Positions 20,685 to 29,240 of a stretch of 64,000 bases of DNA are shown here, piece after piece (positions within the stretch are counted from its first letter, which is position 1; every line of letters starts with the position of its first letter). A program made the translations under genes and the position numbers. Origin of the DNA: Candidatus Krumholzibacteriia bacterium (GTDB lineage: Bacteria > Krumholzibacteriota > Krumholzibacteriia > LZORAL124-64-63). The notes beneath the pieces are model-generated. The model searched no databases and was not told the DNA's origin. It saw nothing but the letters and a program-made list of their open reading frames with translations. The stretch covers positions 128,001-192,000 of the forward strand of contig JBFXKG010000003.1 of assembly GCA_050174015.1 (NCBI GenBank), written 5' to 3'.

Positions 20685-21331
20685 AGGAGCCTTGCCCGGA
20701 CGTGCGGATGCTTCTGGAAGCCGTGGGGACCGGACCGGATCATCCCTGGGCGGCCCACCTGGCGGCGTGCCCACGTTGCCGCACCCTGGTCAAATCCCGG
20801 GACGCCTTCGCGGCCGACGCCCTGGCGGGGGCCGATTCCGGATTCCCGAAGCAGGACGAGGCCGCGGCCGCCGCGCGCCTGGACGGGTTCGTCGGCGCCC
20901 TGGGCTCCCGCCGTCGGCGTCCCACCTGGCTGCTGCCCGCAGCCGCAGTTTTCCTGGTGGCCGTGGGGATGGGAGCGATCATCTCCCACCTGGGCGGCGG
21001 GGACGGAACCCTTCCCGTCGCACCGGACGCCGGAGAATTGCAGATGCGAGGCGAGGAATGGGCCGCGGAGATCTGGGCCGCTCCCGCCTGGACGGTGGAT
21101 GAAGGCGTCATCGAGTTCACCTGGACGGCCTTCGAGGGTGCGGACGACTACGAACTCGTCGTCCTGGCGCCGGATCTCTCCCCGGCCGTGAGCCTGGAGG
21201 CGGGGAACGCCCTGGAGGTGATGGTCAAGGATCCGGAATTCCTGAGAAGGTACACCGGCGGATACCTGGTGGTGGTGGCCAGGACCGGAACCCGCACCCT
21301 CGCCCGGTCCGCCCCGGCTCACCTGCCCTGA
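20681..21331 (+). CDS. Transmembrane anti-sigma factor with zinc-binding ZAS (HxxxCxxC) domain
   Basis: HLAACPRC, one TM (LLPAAAVFLVAVGMGAII), extracytoplasmic beta-rich tail; ATGA overlap with the sigma gene. Confidence 0.82.
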   Translation: MKEPCPDVRMLLEAVGTGPDHPWAAHLAACPRCRTLVKSRDAFAADALAGADSGFPKQDEAAAAARLDGFVGALGSRRRRPTWLLPAAAVFLVAVGMGAIISHLGGGDGTLPVAPDAGELQMRGEEWAAEIWAAPAWTVDEGVIEFTWTAFEGADDYELVVLAPDLSPAVSLEAGNALEVMVKDPEFLRRYTGGYLVVVARTGTRTLARSAPAHLP

Positions 21332-21362
21332 CGAAAGCCCTCTGGAACCCGGAGTCGAACCC

Positions 21363-22289
21363 ATGATCTACACCGTCACCCTGAATCCCGCCCTCGACCG
21401 GGCCATCACCGTGGACAGCCTTCTGCCCGACGACACCGTCCGGGTGAAGACCGAAACCGACTATGCGGCCGGGAAGGGCATCGACGTCTCCCGGGTGATC
21501 AAGGAGCTCGGAGGCCACAGCGTGGCCCTGGGTCTGGTCGGCGGCTACGATGGCCTGCGTCTGGAGGGACTGCTGCTCAACGCGGGCGTGGTGTCCGACT
21601 TCACCCGGATCGCCGGCGAGACCCGCACCAACATCCTGTTGCGGGAGGAATCCGCGGACAGGCAGTTCGTCATCTCGGCCTCCGGTCCCGATGTTTCCGC
21701 GGCGGAACTCGGGGCCCTCTTCCAGAAGATCCGCGGCCTCGGCGACGCCGGATACCTGATCCTCAGCGGCAGTCTGCCGCGGGGCGTCACCCCCGAGATC
21801 TACGGCCAGCTGATCCTGGCGGGACGCGCACTCGGCGCGGTGACCGTGGTCGATGCGGACGGCGCCGCACTGAAGGAGGCCGTGGCCCATGCGCCCTGCT
21901 GCATCAAACCCAACATCCACGAACTGGAGCGTCTGGTGGACCGGACCCTGGAAACCGAGGCGGAGATCCTCGCCGCCGGGCGCGACCTGCTGGACCGGGG
22001 CCTCGAGCAGGTGCTGGTTTCCCGGGGACGCCAGGGACTCCTGCTGTGCGCGCGGGACGGGGCCCTCAAGGCCCGCGGCCCCGAGATCGAGGCCCAGAGC
22101 ACGGTCGGCGCGGGTGATTCGGCGGTGGCGGGTTTCGTCCTGGCGCGGGCCCGGGGGCTGGATCTCGGCGAATGCCTGCGCTGGTCCTGCGCGGCGGGCG
22201 TGGCCACGGCCATGACGCCGGGCACCGAGCTGTGCCACTGGGAAGATGTCGAGAGGATCCTTCCGCAGATCGAGGTGACCGAGCTGTAG
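21363..22289 (+). CDS. 1-phosphofructokinase-family (PfkB) hexose kinase
   Basis: MIYTVTLNPALD, AGKGIDVS, LSGSLPRG, IKPNIHEL, STVGAGDS. Confidence 0.92.
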   Translation: MIYTVTLNPALDRAITVDSLLPDDTVRVKTETDYAAGKGIDVSRVIKELGGHSVALGLVGGYDGLRLEGLLLNAGVVSDFTRIAGETRTNILLREESADRQFVISASGPDVSAAELGALFQKIRGLGDAGYLILSGSLPRGVTPEIYGQLILAGRALGAVTVVDADGAALKEAVAHAPCCIKPNIHELERLVDRTLETEAEILAAGRDLLDRGLEQVLVSRGRQGLLLCARDGALKARGPEIEAQSTVGAGDSAVAGFVLARARGLDLGECLRWSCAAGVATAMTPGTELCHWEDVERILPQIEVTEL

Positions 22290-22344
22290 AGGCTCCGGGC
22301 TGCGCTCGTCTTCCCCGCGCGGGTCCGGTCGGGATCCCCCGCGT

Positions 22345-23151
22345 CTATGACCGCAGCTTGAACGTCACCGGCATTACGACCCACACCTCGACCGGCTTCT
22401 GGTCGATGAGCGCCGGCCGCCACACCGAGGTGCGGGCGCAGTCGTCGGCGGCCAGCTTCAACGCCTCGGGCCCGTCCACGTAGATGACGTCCTTCACCCT
22501 GCCGTCCTTGCCGACCAGCACCTGCACCAGCACCGTCCCCTCCACTCCGGCGGACAGGGCCACCGGGGGATAGACCGGGGCGTCGATGCTGACCCGCACC
22601 GGCTCGGTGTCCACGACGATGAAGTCGGTGGGAGCCGGGGAGGTGTCGATGTCCACGTCGATGACCAGCGAGTCGCCGACGCCGTCGCCGGAGCCGCCGA
22701 GATCCGACAGGTCGATGGGCGGCAGGGCCTCGACCATCTCGGTCTGGGTGGCGATGGTCTGGACCTGGGCCTTCTCGTCGGCCACCGGTTCGGGCACGGC
22801 GATGGTCGGCGGGGGCGCAGCTACCTTGGCCACGGCCTCGGCCACGTTGATCTGGGGCACGGTCGGCCGGGCGATGGACGGCGGAACGCCGAGGTCGGTG
22901 TAACGGACGATCTTGACCTGGCGGGCCACCGGACGCGGCGGCGGCTGACGGTTCGACCACCACAGCCAGGTCCCGAAGGCGATCGCCGCCAGCAGCAAGG
23001 TCAGGAGGTTGGCCCAGCCCAGCCACCGGGCCAGCTCCCGGCGCAGGGGGTGCCGGTCCCCGGTCAGGGGCAGGCGGGGGGCGTCCTCGAGGGAATAGGC
23101 CCAGGGGATGTGGCGCACGTCCGGGGCACGGTCCGTCCTGGCCGCGTTCAT
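22345..23151 (-). CDS. tonB: Energy transducer TonB
   Basis: TM, Pro-rich linker, C-domain PVYPPVALSAGVEGTVLVQVLVGKDG...WRPA...MPVTFKL; ATGA overlap with exbD. Confidence 0.88.
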   Translation of the reverse strand: MNAARTDRAPDVRHIPWAYSLEDAPRLPLTGDRHPLRRELARWLGWANLLTLLLAAIAFGTWLWWSNRQPPPRPVARQVKIVRYTDLGVPPSIARPTVPQINVAEAVAKVAAPPPTIAVPEPVADEKAQVQTIATQTEMVEALPPIDLSDLGGSGDGVGDSLVIDVDIDTSPAPTDFIVVDTEPVRVSIDAPVYPPVALSAGVEGTVLVQVLVGKDGRVKDVIYVDGPEALKLAADDCARTSVWRPALIDQKPVEVWVVMPVTFKLRS

Positions 23152-23651
23152 CGCGCCTCCTCCAGGGTCTGCTCGTCGCTTTCCTTCATGGGGATCAGGC
23201 TGAACCGTTCCATCCCCGCATCCTCCAGCAGGTCCATCATGTCCACCATGGGCTCGTAGCGCGCCTCGCGGTGGATCTTGACCAGGATGATCAGGTTGGG
23301 ATTCGCGGCCGATGCCGACTCCAGGTTGGGCCTCAGGTCCGGCCAGGCGAGGGGCTCGATGCCGCCCTTGCCCAGCTTGACGAACAGGGATTCGTTCTCG
23401 TCCACGTAGACGGTCATCACGTTGGATTCGGGCACCTCGACGCTGGCGCCCGGCTCGGGCAGGTTCACCTCCATGGCCAGCGGGCGCCGGAACACCGTGG
23501 TGACCATGAAGAAGATGAGCAACAGGAACGCCACGTCGACCATGGGCGTCATGTCGATGCGGACGCCGACGCGCTTCTTCTTCGCGCGTCCGAGAACGCC
23601 CTTGCCGGGGGCGGCGGGTTGTCCCGTATCGGGTGCGGCTACGTCGGCCAT
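23148..23651 (-). CDS. exbD: Biopolymer transporter ExbD
   Basis: IDMTPMVDVAFLLLIFFMVTTVF. Confidence 0.92.
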   Translation of the reverse strand: MADVAAPDTGQPAAPGKGVLGRAKKKRVGVRIDMTPMVDVAFLLLIFFMVTTVFRRPLAMEVNLPEPGASVEVPESNVMTVYVDENESLFVKLGKGGIEPLAWPDLRPNLESASAANPNLIILVKIHREARYEPMVDMMDLLEDAGMERFSLIPMKESDEQTLEEAR

Positions 23652-23660
23652 CTCGGGCTC

Positions 23661-24113
23661 CTAATCCCCGGGGGCCGCAGGGGCGGCCTCGTCGCGCGGG
23701 GTGCGTTTCTTGAGATCGGTCATCAGGTTGAAGCGCAGGGTCTTCGCCTGGGCCAGGGCGTCCATCAGGTCGGCCATGGCGCCGAACGAGGCGTCGCGGT
23801 CGCCCTTGACCACGACCACGGCCGAGGGATTGCGCCCCCGCCAGTTGACGATGGCCTCCAGCATGTTGTCCGGGGCCAGGGCCTGGATGTCCCGGCCGGT
23901 CTCGCTGGAGATGAACACCTGGCCGGTCTCGTTGACCGTCAGGATGATCGTGCCCGTCTCGGGGACGTGGATCTCCGAGCTGGACAGCGGCAGGTTCACG
24001 GCCACCTGTTCGGGCGGCTTGAACTGGGTGGTGGACATGAAGAAGATCAGCAACAGGAACGCCACGTCCACCATGGGCGTCATGTCGATCCTGACCTTGT
24101 TGCGTCTCGTCAC
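23661..24113 (-). CDS. exbD: Biopolymer transporter ExbD (second copy)
   Basis: IDMTPMVDVAFLLLIFFMSTTQF; KGDRDASFG. Confidence 0.92.
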   Translation of the reverse strand: MTRRNKVRIDMTPMVDVAFLLLIFFMSTTQFKPPEQVAVNLPLSSSEIHVPETGTIILTVNETGQVFISSETGRDIQALAPDNMLEAIVNWRGRNPSAVVVVKGDRDASFGAMADLMDALAQAKTLRFNLMTDLKKRTPRDEAAPAAPGD

Positions 24114-24125
24114 GGCCGGCGCTCC

Positions 24126-24833
24126 TTACCTGGTCTCCAGCAGCTGGAGGACCTCGTACGAGGTCTCCTCGACCCGGTTGTTGAAGGTGTCCACCTTGGT
24201 CGTGAAGTAGTTGTAGAGCACCGTCGCCAGGATGGCGGTGGTCAGTCCGAGGGCGGTGTTCACCAGGGCCTCGCTGATGCCCAGCGCGAGCTGGGTGGCG
24301 TCGGGCGCGCCGGCGCGCGACATGGCGTGGAAGGACCGGATCATGCCGATCGTGGTCCCGAGCAGGCCGAGCATGGTGGCGATCGACGCGATCGTCGACA
24401 GCGCGTTGAGGTTCTGCTCGAGGTTGGGGCTCTCCAGGGCGTTGGCTTCCTGCAGGGCGCGCCGGGTCTCGTCCATGAGGTCCTTCTTCTGGTGACCTTC
24501 GGCCTTGCGGCGCTTGAAGATCTCCAGGCCGGCGCCGATGACGTTGGCCAGACTCCCTCCCTGCCCCTTGCAGGCCTCGATGGCGGAGTCCAGCTCGCCG
24601 GCGTGGACCGCATGCTTGAGGGTCTTGACGAAGCCGGGCACGCTGCCGCGGCCGCCCGCCCGCCACAGGACGATGAACCGTTCGATGGCGAAGGTCAGCG
24701 TCAGGAAGAAGAACGTCAGCCCGAGCACCAGCAGGGGACCTCCCTGGTGGATGTACTCCGGGGAGTTCTGCCAGATGAAGTACGAGGCGACGATCGAGGC
24801 GAGGGTGATGGGTATGAGCACGTAGCTTTTCAT
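24126..24833 (-). CDS. exbB: MotA/TolQ/ExbB proton channel
   Basis: LSTIASIATMLGLLGTTIGMIRSF, GISEALVNTALGL. Confidence 0.92.
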   Translation of the reverse strand: MKSYVLIPITLASIVASYFIWQNSPEYIHQGGPLLVLGLTFFFLTLTFAIERFIVLWRAGGRGSVPGFVKTLKHAVHAGELDSAIEACKGQGGSLANVIGAGLEIFKRRKAEGHQKKDLMDETRRALQEANALESPNLEQNLNALSTIASIATMLGLLGTTIGMIRSFHAMSRAGAPDATQLALGISEALVNTALGLTTAILATVLYNYFTTKVDTFNNRVEETSYEVLQLLETR

Positions 24834-24835
24834 CT

Positions 24836-26725
24836 TTACTGGTTTTCCTTTCCTGCGTTCCTGGCCTGGGTCAGAAGAGCGGATCCGGTTTCGAGCATGG
24901 GATTGCGGGGGTCGATGGCGCGGGCCTTCGCGTAGGCCGCCTCGGCCGCATCGAGGTCGCCCTGGCCGAGGCGGGCGCTGCCCAGCCCCGCCCAGCCGTC
25001 GGCGTTGCCGGGTTCGGCCTTTGCCGCCTCGGCATAGGCGGTTGCGGCTGCGGCGTAGTCCGCCTTCCTCAGCCTGCAGAACCCCACCCCGCGCAGGGCC
25101 TTGGCGTTCTGCGGTTCCTGGTCGAGGACGGTGCGGTATTCCCGTTCGGCGGCGGCGAGGGAATCGGTGGCCGCCAGGCCCTGGGCCAGCAGCAGGCGGG
25201 CCATGGTCAGGTCCCCGCGCAGGTCGACGGCCCGGCGGAAGGCGGGCACGGCCGCGGCCACGTCCCCGGCCTGGTAGCGGGCGATGCCCAGGTTGAGATG
25301 GTTGGCGGCGCCCTCGGGATCCAGTTCCACCGCCCGGCCGAACGCTGCGGCGGCGGCCTCGGGTTGCCCCCGGCGCAGCTCGAGCAGGCCCCGCTGGAAC
25401 GGGACCCGGGCCAGGGCGGGGTCCATCCGGGCCGCCCGGTCCAGGGTGGCTTCGGCCCCGGCGAAGTCCTTCCTCTCGGTTTGCCAGGCGGCCAGATCGA
25501 CCAGATCGGGGACGTGCCAGGGCAGGGAGTCGGGCAGGTCCGTCATCATCGCCGCGGCCTCGGCGCGATCCCCGTCCCCGGGGGCGCGGATCCCCGCGCG
25601 GACGAAGGCGAACCGGGCCCGGGGGTCGTCCGGGGCCAGACGCAGGGCCTCGCGGGCCGCGGCCAGGGATTCCCCGGTCCGGCCCAGCTCGAGGAAGGCG
25701 TCGGCCAGGTCGAGCCGGGTCGCCAGGTCGTCCGGCTGCAGGTCCGCCAGGCGGAGCAGGACGCCGGCGGCCTGGTCGAACCGCTTGGCGCGCACGAACA
25801 GGTCCGCCAGGCCGGCCAGGGCGGGCACGAAGGTGGAATCGGCCGCCACGGCCTGCAGGTAGCGGTCCCGGGCCTCGTTGAAGCGGTTCTGGTCCTCGTA
25901 GAGCCGGCCCAGGCGGTGAAGATCCGCGGCGCGCGGGATGGCGCCGGGAACGGCCAGGGCCTCCTCGTAGGCGGGGACGGCCAGGGCGGGGATGCCCTCG
26001 GCGAGGTAGATCTCGGCGGCCAGGAAGCCGTGGGCCGGGTCGGCCGGATTGAGGTGGCGGGCCTTGAGAGCCGCCTGCTCGGCGCCCGCAAGGTCTCCGG
26101 TTCCCATGAGGTACAGGGCCAGGGCGTGCTGGTACTGGTCTTCGCCCTGGTCCAGGCCCTCGAGCTTCGCGCCCCGGTCCAGGTGCGGGCGCGCCTCGTC
26201 CCAGCGACCGGCTGACATCAGCCGCAGGGCTGTTCCGTAGTGTGCGGCCCAGACCTGGGGGTCCTCGGCGAGGGCCTGGGCGAACTCGCGGTCGGCCTCC
26301 TCCCCGCGGCCCTGGGCCAGCAGGGCCAGGCCGAGGCCTGCCCTGGCGTCGGCGAAAAGTCCCCCGGAGGCGGCCAGGGCCTGGCGGCAGCGGGCTTCGG
26401 CGGCTTCGGCGTCACCGCGGCCGAGGTCCAGCCGGGCCAGGCCCCACAGGGCGTCGGGGAGGCGGTGGCCTGCGGCCACGGCCTCGGAGTAGAGTTCGCG
26501 GGCGCGGTCCAGGTCGCCCTGGGCGAAGGCCCGGTTGCCCTGCCGCAGGGGGTCGTTGTCCAGGGTGTACTGCGGCCGGTCGGCGGCCGCGGAGTCGGAG
26601 ACCTGGATCACCGGCAGGGCCAGGGTGAGCAAGGCCAGGGGGATCAGAAAGGGACCCGCCGATCGGCGGCGTCGGAAGGCCGCCGGGACGCCGGCCTGGC
26701 CGGTCCTGAGGAATCGCGGTTTCAT
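24836..26725 (-). CDS. Exported tetratricopeptide-repeat protein
   Basis: Signal-like N-terminus followed by many TPR repeats; GGAG RBS before ATG 26725. Confidence 0.85.
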   Translation of the reverse strand: MKPRFLRTGQAGVPAAFRRRRSAGPFLIPLALLTLALPVIQVSDSAAADRPQYTLDNDPLRQGNRAFAQGDLDRARELYSEAVAAGHRLPDALWGLARLDLGRGDAEAAEARCRQALAASGGLFADARAGLGLALLAQGRGEEADREFAQALAEDPQVWAAHYGTALRLMSAGRWDEARPHLDRGAKLEGLDQGEDQYQHALALYLMGTGDLAGAEQAALKARHLNPADPAHGFLAAEIYLAEGIPALAVPAYEEALAVPGAIPRAADLHRLGRLYEDQNRFNEARDRYLQAVAADSTFVPALAGLADLFVRAKRFDQAAGVLLRLADLQPDDLATRLDLADAFLELGRTGESLAAAREALRLAPDDPRARFAFVRAGIRAPGDGDRAEAAAMMTDLPDSLPWHVPDLVDLAAWQTERKDFAGAEATLDRAARMDPALARVPFQRGLLELRRGQPEAAAAAFGRAVELDPEGAANHLNLGIARYQAGDVAAAVPAFRRAVDLRGDLTMARLLLAQGLAATDSLAAAEREYRTVLDQEPQNAKALRGVGFCRLRKADYAAAATAYAEAAKAEPGNADGWAGLGSARLGQGDLDAAEAAYAKARAIDPRNPMLETGSALLTQARNAGKENQ

Positions 26726-26735
26726 GGCTCCTCCC

Positions 26736-27713
26736 TCATTCTCCCACCGGGTCGCGGCTGAGGTGGATCTCCCGCAGGATCTGCCGCGCGGGGACGACGC
26801 CCGCCCTCTCGACCTGGCGCAGGCCGCGGGCGCTGGCCAGGTGGGTGACGAACCGTCCACCCTGGCGCCCGCCGGTATCCAGGCACGCAGCATACAAGAG
26901 ATGATGCAGGGGATAGGTTCCGGTCGCCACCGTCTCGTAGGCCGGCGCGGCCGCGGCGCTGTCCGGTCCCGCCTGCATCGGCAGGAACTTCAGTCCGTCC
27001 GGGGCTCCCTCGCCGGGGTCGCGGGACAGGGCCAGACCGCTGACCAGGCACCAGGCACCCGGCAGGCCGGCCGCTCCAGTGTCCCGGACGGCGGCCAGCA
27101 CGGCGTCCGGACCCGCAAGGAACACCACCGGCGAACCCGCGGGGGGCAGGTCCCCGGGCAGGCCCAGGCCCGACCGCACCGCATCCCACAACCCCTCGTT
27201 GGGGTCGGGCAGGTAGACGGGCCCTGCCGGCCCGGGCGTGCGGCCCGCCAGGATCCCGGCCAGGCCGGCCGGAGTCAGGGGGTCGGTTCGATCCCCCTCG
27301 GCGGCCAGCACCAGGACGGCCCCCACGGCGACGGGAGTGACCACGGCGGTGTCGCCGGCGGTCTCGCGGAACAGGTCCTGTTCGGCGGGGGTGGGAGGCC
27401 GGTAGAGGAAGGCCACGTCCACGCGCCCGTTGATCAGGTCCTCCAGGGCCTGGTTGGTCCCCCCGGATCGTACCTCGAGGGCCAGGTCGGGATAGTCCTG
27501 CCGGTAGCCCGCCAGCAGCCGGTCGATGAGCCGTGGCGCCAGATCGCGGCCGCCGACCCTCAGGAGGGGATCCTCCTGCTCGGCCTGCCGGAACGTCCCG
27601 GCCAGCCGCCGCCAGGGGATCTCGCCCCGATTGACCAGCAGGATCGCGATGACCACCAGGTAGATGATCATCCGGACGAGGAACCAGGTCCTGCGGCGCG
27701 ACGGCATGGGCAC
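26736..27713 (-). CDS. Membrane-anchored PstS-like (PBP type 2) substrate-binding protein
   Basis: N-terminal TM; SGGTNQALEDLINGRVDVA; TVATGTYPLHHLLY; first gene of the TPR-exbBDD-tonB operon. Confidence 0.72.
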   Translation of the reverse strand: MPMPSRRRTWFLVRMIIYLVVIAILLVNRGEIPWRRLAGTFRQAEQEDPLLRVGGRDLAPRLIDRLLAGYRQDYPDLALEVRSGGTNQALEDLINGRVDVAFLYRPPTPAEQDLFRETAGDTAVVTPVAVGAVLVLAAEGDRTDPLTPAGLAGILAGRTPGPAGPVYLPDPNEGLWDAVRSGLGLPGDLPPAGSPVVFLAGPDAVLAAVRDTGAAGLPGAWCLVSGLALSRDPGEGAPDGLKFLPMQAGPDSAAAAPAYETVATGTYPLHHLLYAACLDTGGRQGGRFVTHLASARGLRQVERAGVVPARQILREIHLSRDPVGE

Positions 27714-27758
27714 CGATTTCTGTTGCGTCGGGGGCCGGGGGGGCCAATAATGCCACCC

Positions 27759-29240
27759 ATGACCAGCCGAACGGTGAATTCCGCGATCCTGTCCGTCCTC
27801 CGGGGCCTCCCTGCTCCCGGGGCCTTCGTCCTGCTCGCCGCCGTCTCAGTCGGCCTTTGCGGGTGCGGTCCGGAGCGCCGGGACAGCGAGGCCGCTTTTT
27901 CAGGCCCGGTCGATGAAACCGCTTTCATCGACGATCTGCAAGAACGTACTTTCCACTATTTCTGGGAGCTGTGCAACCCCCAAACCGGACTCGCACCCGA
28001 CCGCGCCCCCTCCCCGTCCTTCGCCAGTGTCAGCGCAACAGGTTTTGCTTTAACATCTTACGCCATCGGTGCGGAGCGGGGCTGGGTCACTCGGGAAAGC
28101 GCGGCCCGCCGGGTCCTGCGCACCCTGCGGTTCTTCCGGGAAGCCCGGCAGGATTCCACGCCCAGGGCCTCCGGCTACCACGGATTCTACTATCACTTCC
28201 TCGATCCGGACACCGGCGAGCGGTTCGGCAACGTGGAGCTGTCCACCGTGGACACCGCCCTGCTGCTGGCCGGGGCCCTGTTCTGCCAGAGCTATTTCGA
28301 TGGGTCGGACGCGGTGGAGGACAGCATCCGCACGGCCGCCGAGGAGCTGTACCTGGCCGCCGACTGGACCTGGGCCTCGGTCCGTCCCCCCTTGATCGGC
28401 CACGGCTGGACCCCCGAGAACGGCCACCTGCCCTACGACTGGGGCGGGTACAACGAGGCCGCCCTGGTCTACATCATGGCCCTGGGCTCGCCTACCCATC
28501 CGGTGTCCCCCGATGCCTGGACGGCCTGGACGGCGGGTTACCGCTGGGGCGGCCCGGCCGGCAACGAGCACGTGGGCTTCGCGCCCCTGTTCGGCCACCA
28601 GTACACCCACGTGTGGATCGACCTGAGGGGCATCCGCGACGGGTTCATGCGGGACCACGACCTCGACTACTTCGAGAACAGCCGGCGCGCCCTGCTATTC
28701 CAGCATGAATACGCCCTGGCCAATCCCGAGGGGTGGACGGGCTATGGTCCGCGCCTGTGGGGGCTGACCGCCTGCGACGGTCCCGTGTCCGGCACGTTCA
28801 CCATCGACGGACGGGAGCGCACCTTCCAGACCTACTGGGCGCGGGGGGCGTCCCTCACGACCGTCCATGACGACGGGACGGTGTGCCCCTCGGCTCTGGG
28901 CGGATCGGTGCCTTTCGCTCCCGACCTGGTCATTCCCGCCCTGATGGCGATGGCCGAGGACCACGGCGACTTCATCTACGGACGGTACGGTTTCCTCGAC
29001 GCCCTCAACCCCTCCTTCACGCTCGACGTGCCGGTGCAGCACGGCCGGGTCGTCCCCGGGGTCGGCTGGTACGACACCGACTACCTGGGCATCGACCAGG
29101 GTCCCATCGTGGCCATGATCGAGAACCATCGCAGCGAACTGGTGTGGCGCGTCATGCGCGGCAATCCCCACATCGTGAGCGGCCTGCGGGCCGCGGGGTT
29201 CACGGGCGGCTGGCTCGACGCGGCCGCGGAGGAACGATGA
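27759..29240 (+). CDS. GH144-like ('glucoamylase-family'/DUF3131) putative endo-beta-1,2-glucanase, lipoprotein
   Basis: LCGC lipobox; TFHYFW, GFYYHFLD, ELSTVDTALL, GYNEA, PLFGHQY, DYFENSRRA, WGLTACDGP, YLGIDQGP; alternative start 27750. Confidence 0.82.
   Translation: MTSRTVNSAILSVLRGLPAPGAFVLLAAVSVGLCGCGPERRDSEAAFSGPVDETAFIDDLQERTFHYFWELCNPQTGLAPDRAPSPSFASVSATGFALTSYAIGAERGWVTRESAARRVLRTLRFFREARQDSTPRASGYHGFYYHFLDPDTGERFGNVELSTVDTALLLAGALFCQSYFDGSDAVEDSIRTAAEELYLAADWTWASVRPPLIGHGWTPENGHLPYDWGGYNEAALVYIMALGSPTHPVSPDAWTAWTAGYRWGGPAGNEHVGFAPLFGHQYTHVWIDLRGIRDGFMRDHDLDYFENSRRALLFQHEYALANPEGWTGYGPRLWGLTACDGPVSGTFTIDGRERTFQTYWARGASLTTVHDDGTVCPSALGGSVPFAPDLVIPALMAMAEDHGDFIYGRYGFLDALNPSFTLDVPVQHGRVVPGVGWYDTDYLGIDQGPIVAMIENHRSELVWRVMRGNPHIVSGLRAAGFTGGWLDAAAEER
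27909..27932. promoter_or_regulatory. LacI-type operator TGAAACCGCTTTCA inside the 5' part of the GH144 gene
   Basis: 10-bp-arm palindrome GTCGATGAAA-ccgc-TTTCATCGAC; matches sites at 42441 and 43462. Confidence 0.6.

Noticed and set aside
17100..21331. CHAT plus sigma as a CRISPR-associated (Craspase-type) or anti-phage system
   Set aside because: No cas genes or array are present, and the predicted exported topology with a ZAS anti-sigma fits envelope signalling better
23506..24090. ~50-bp near-identical repeat in two places
   Set aside because: It encodes the conserved ExbD TM motif in two paralogues; it is not a DNA repeat element
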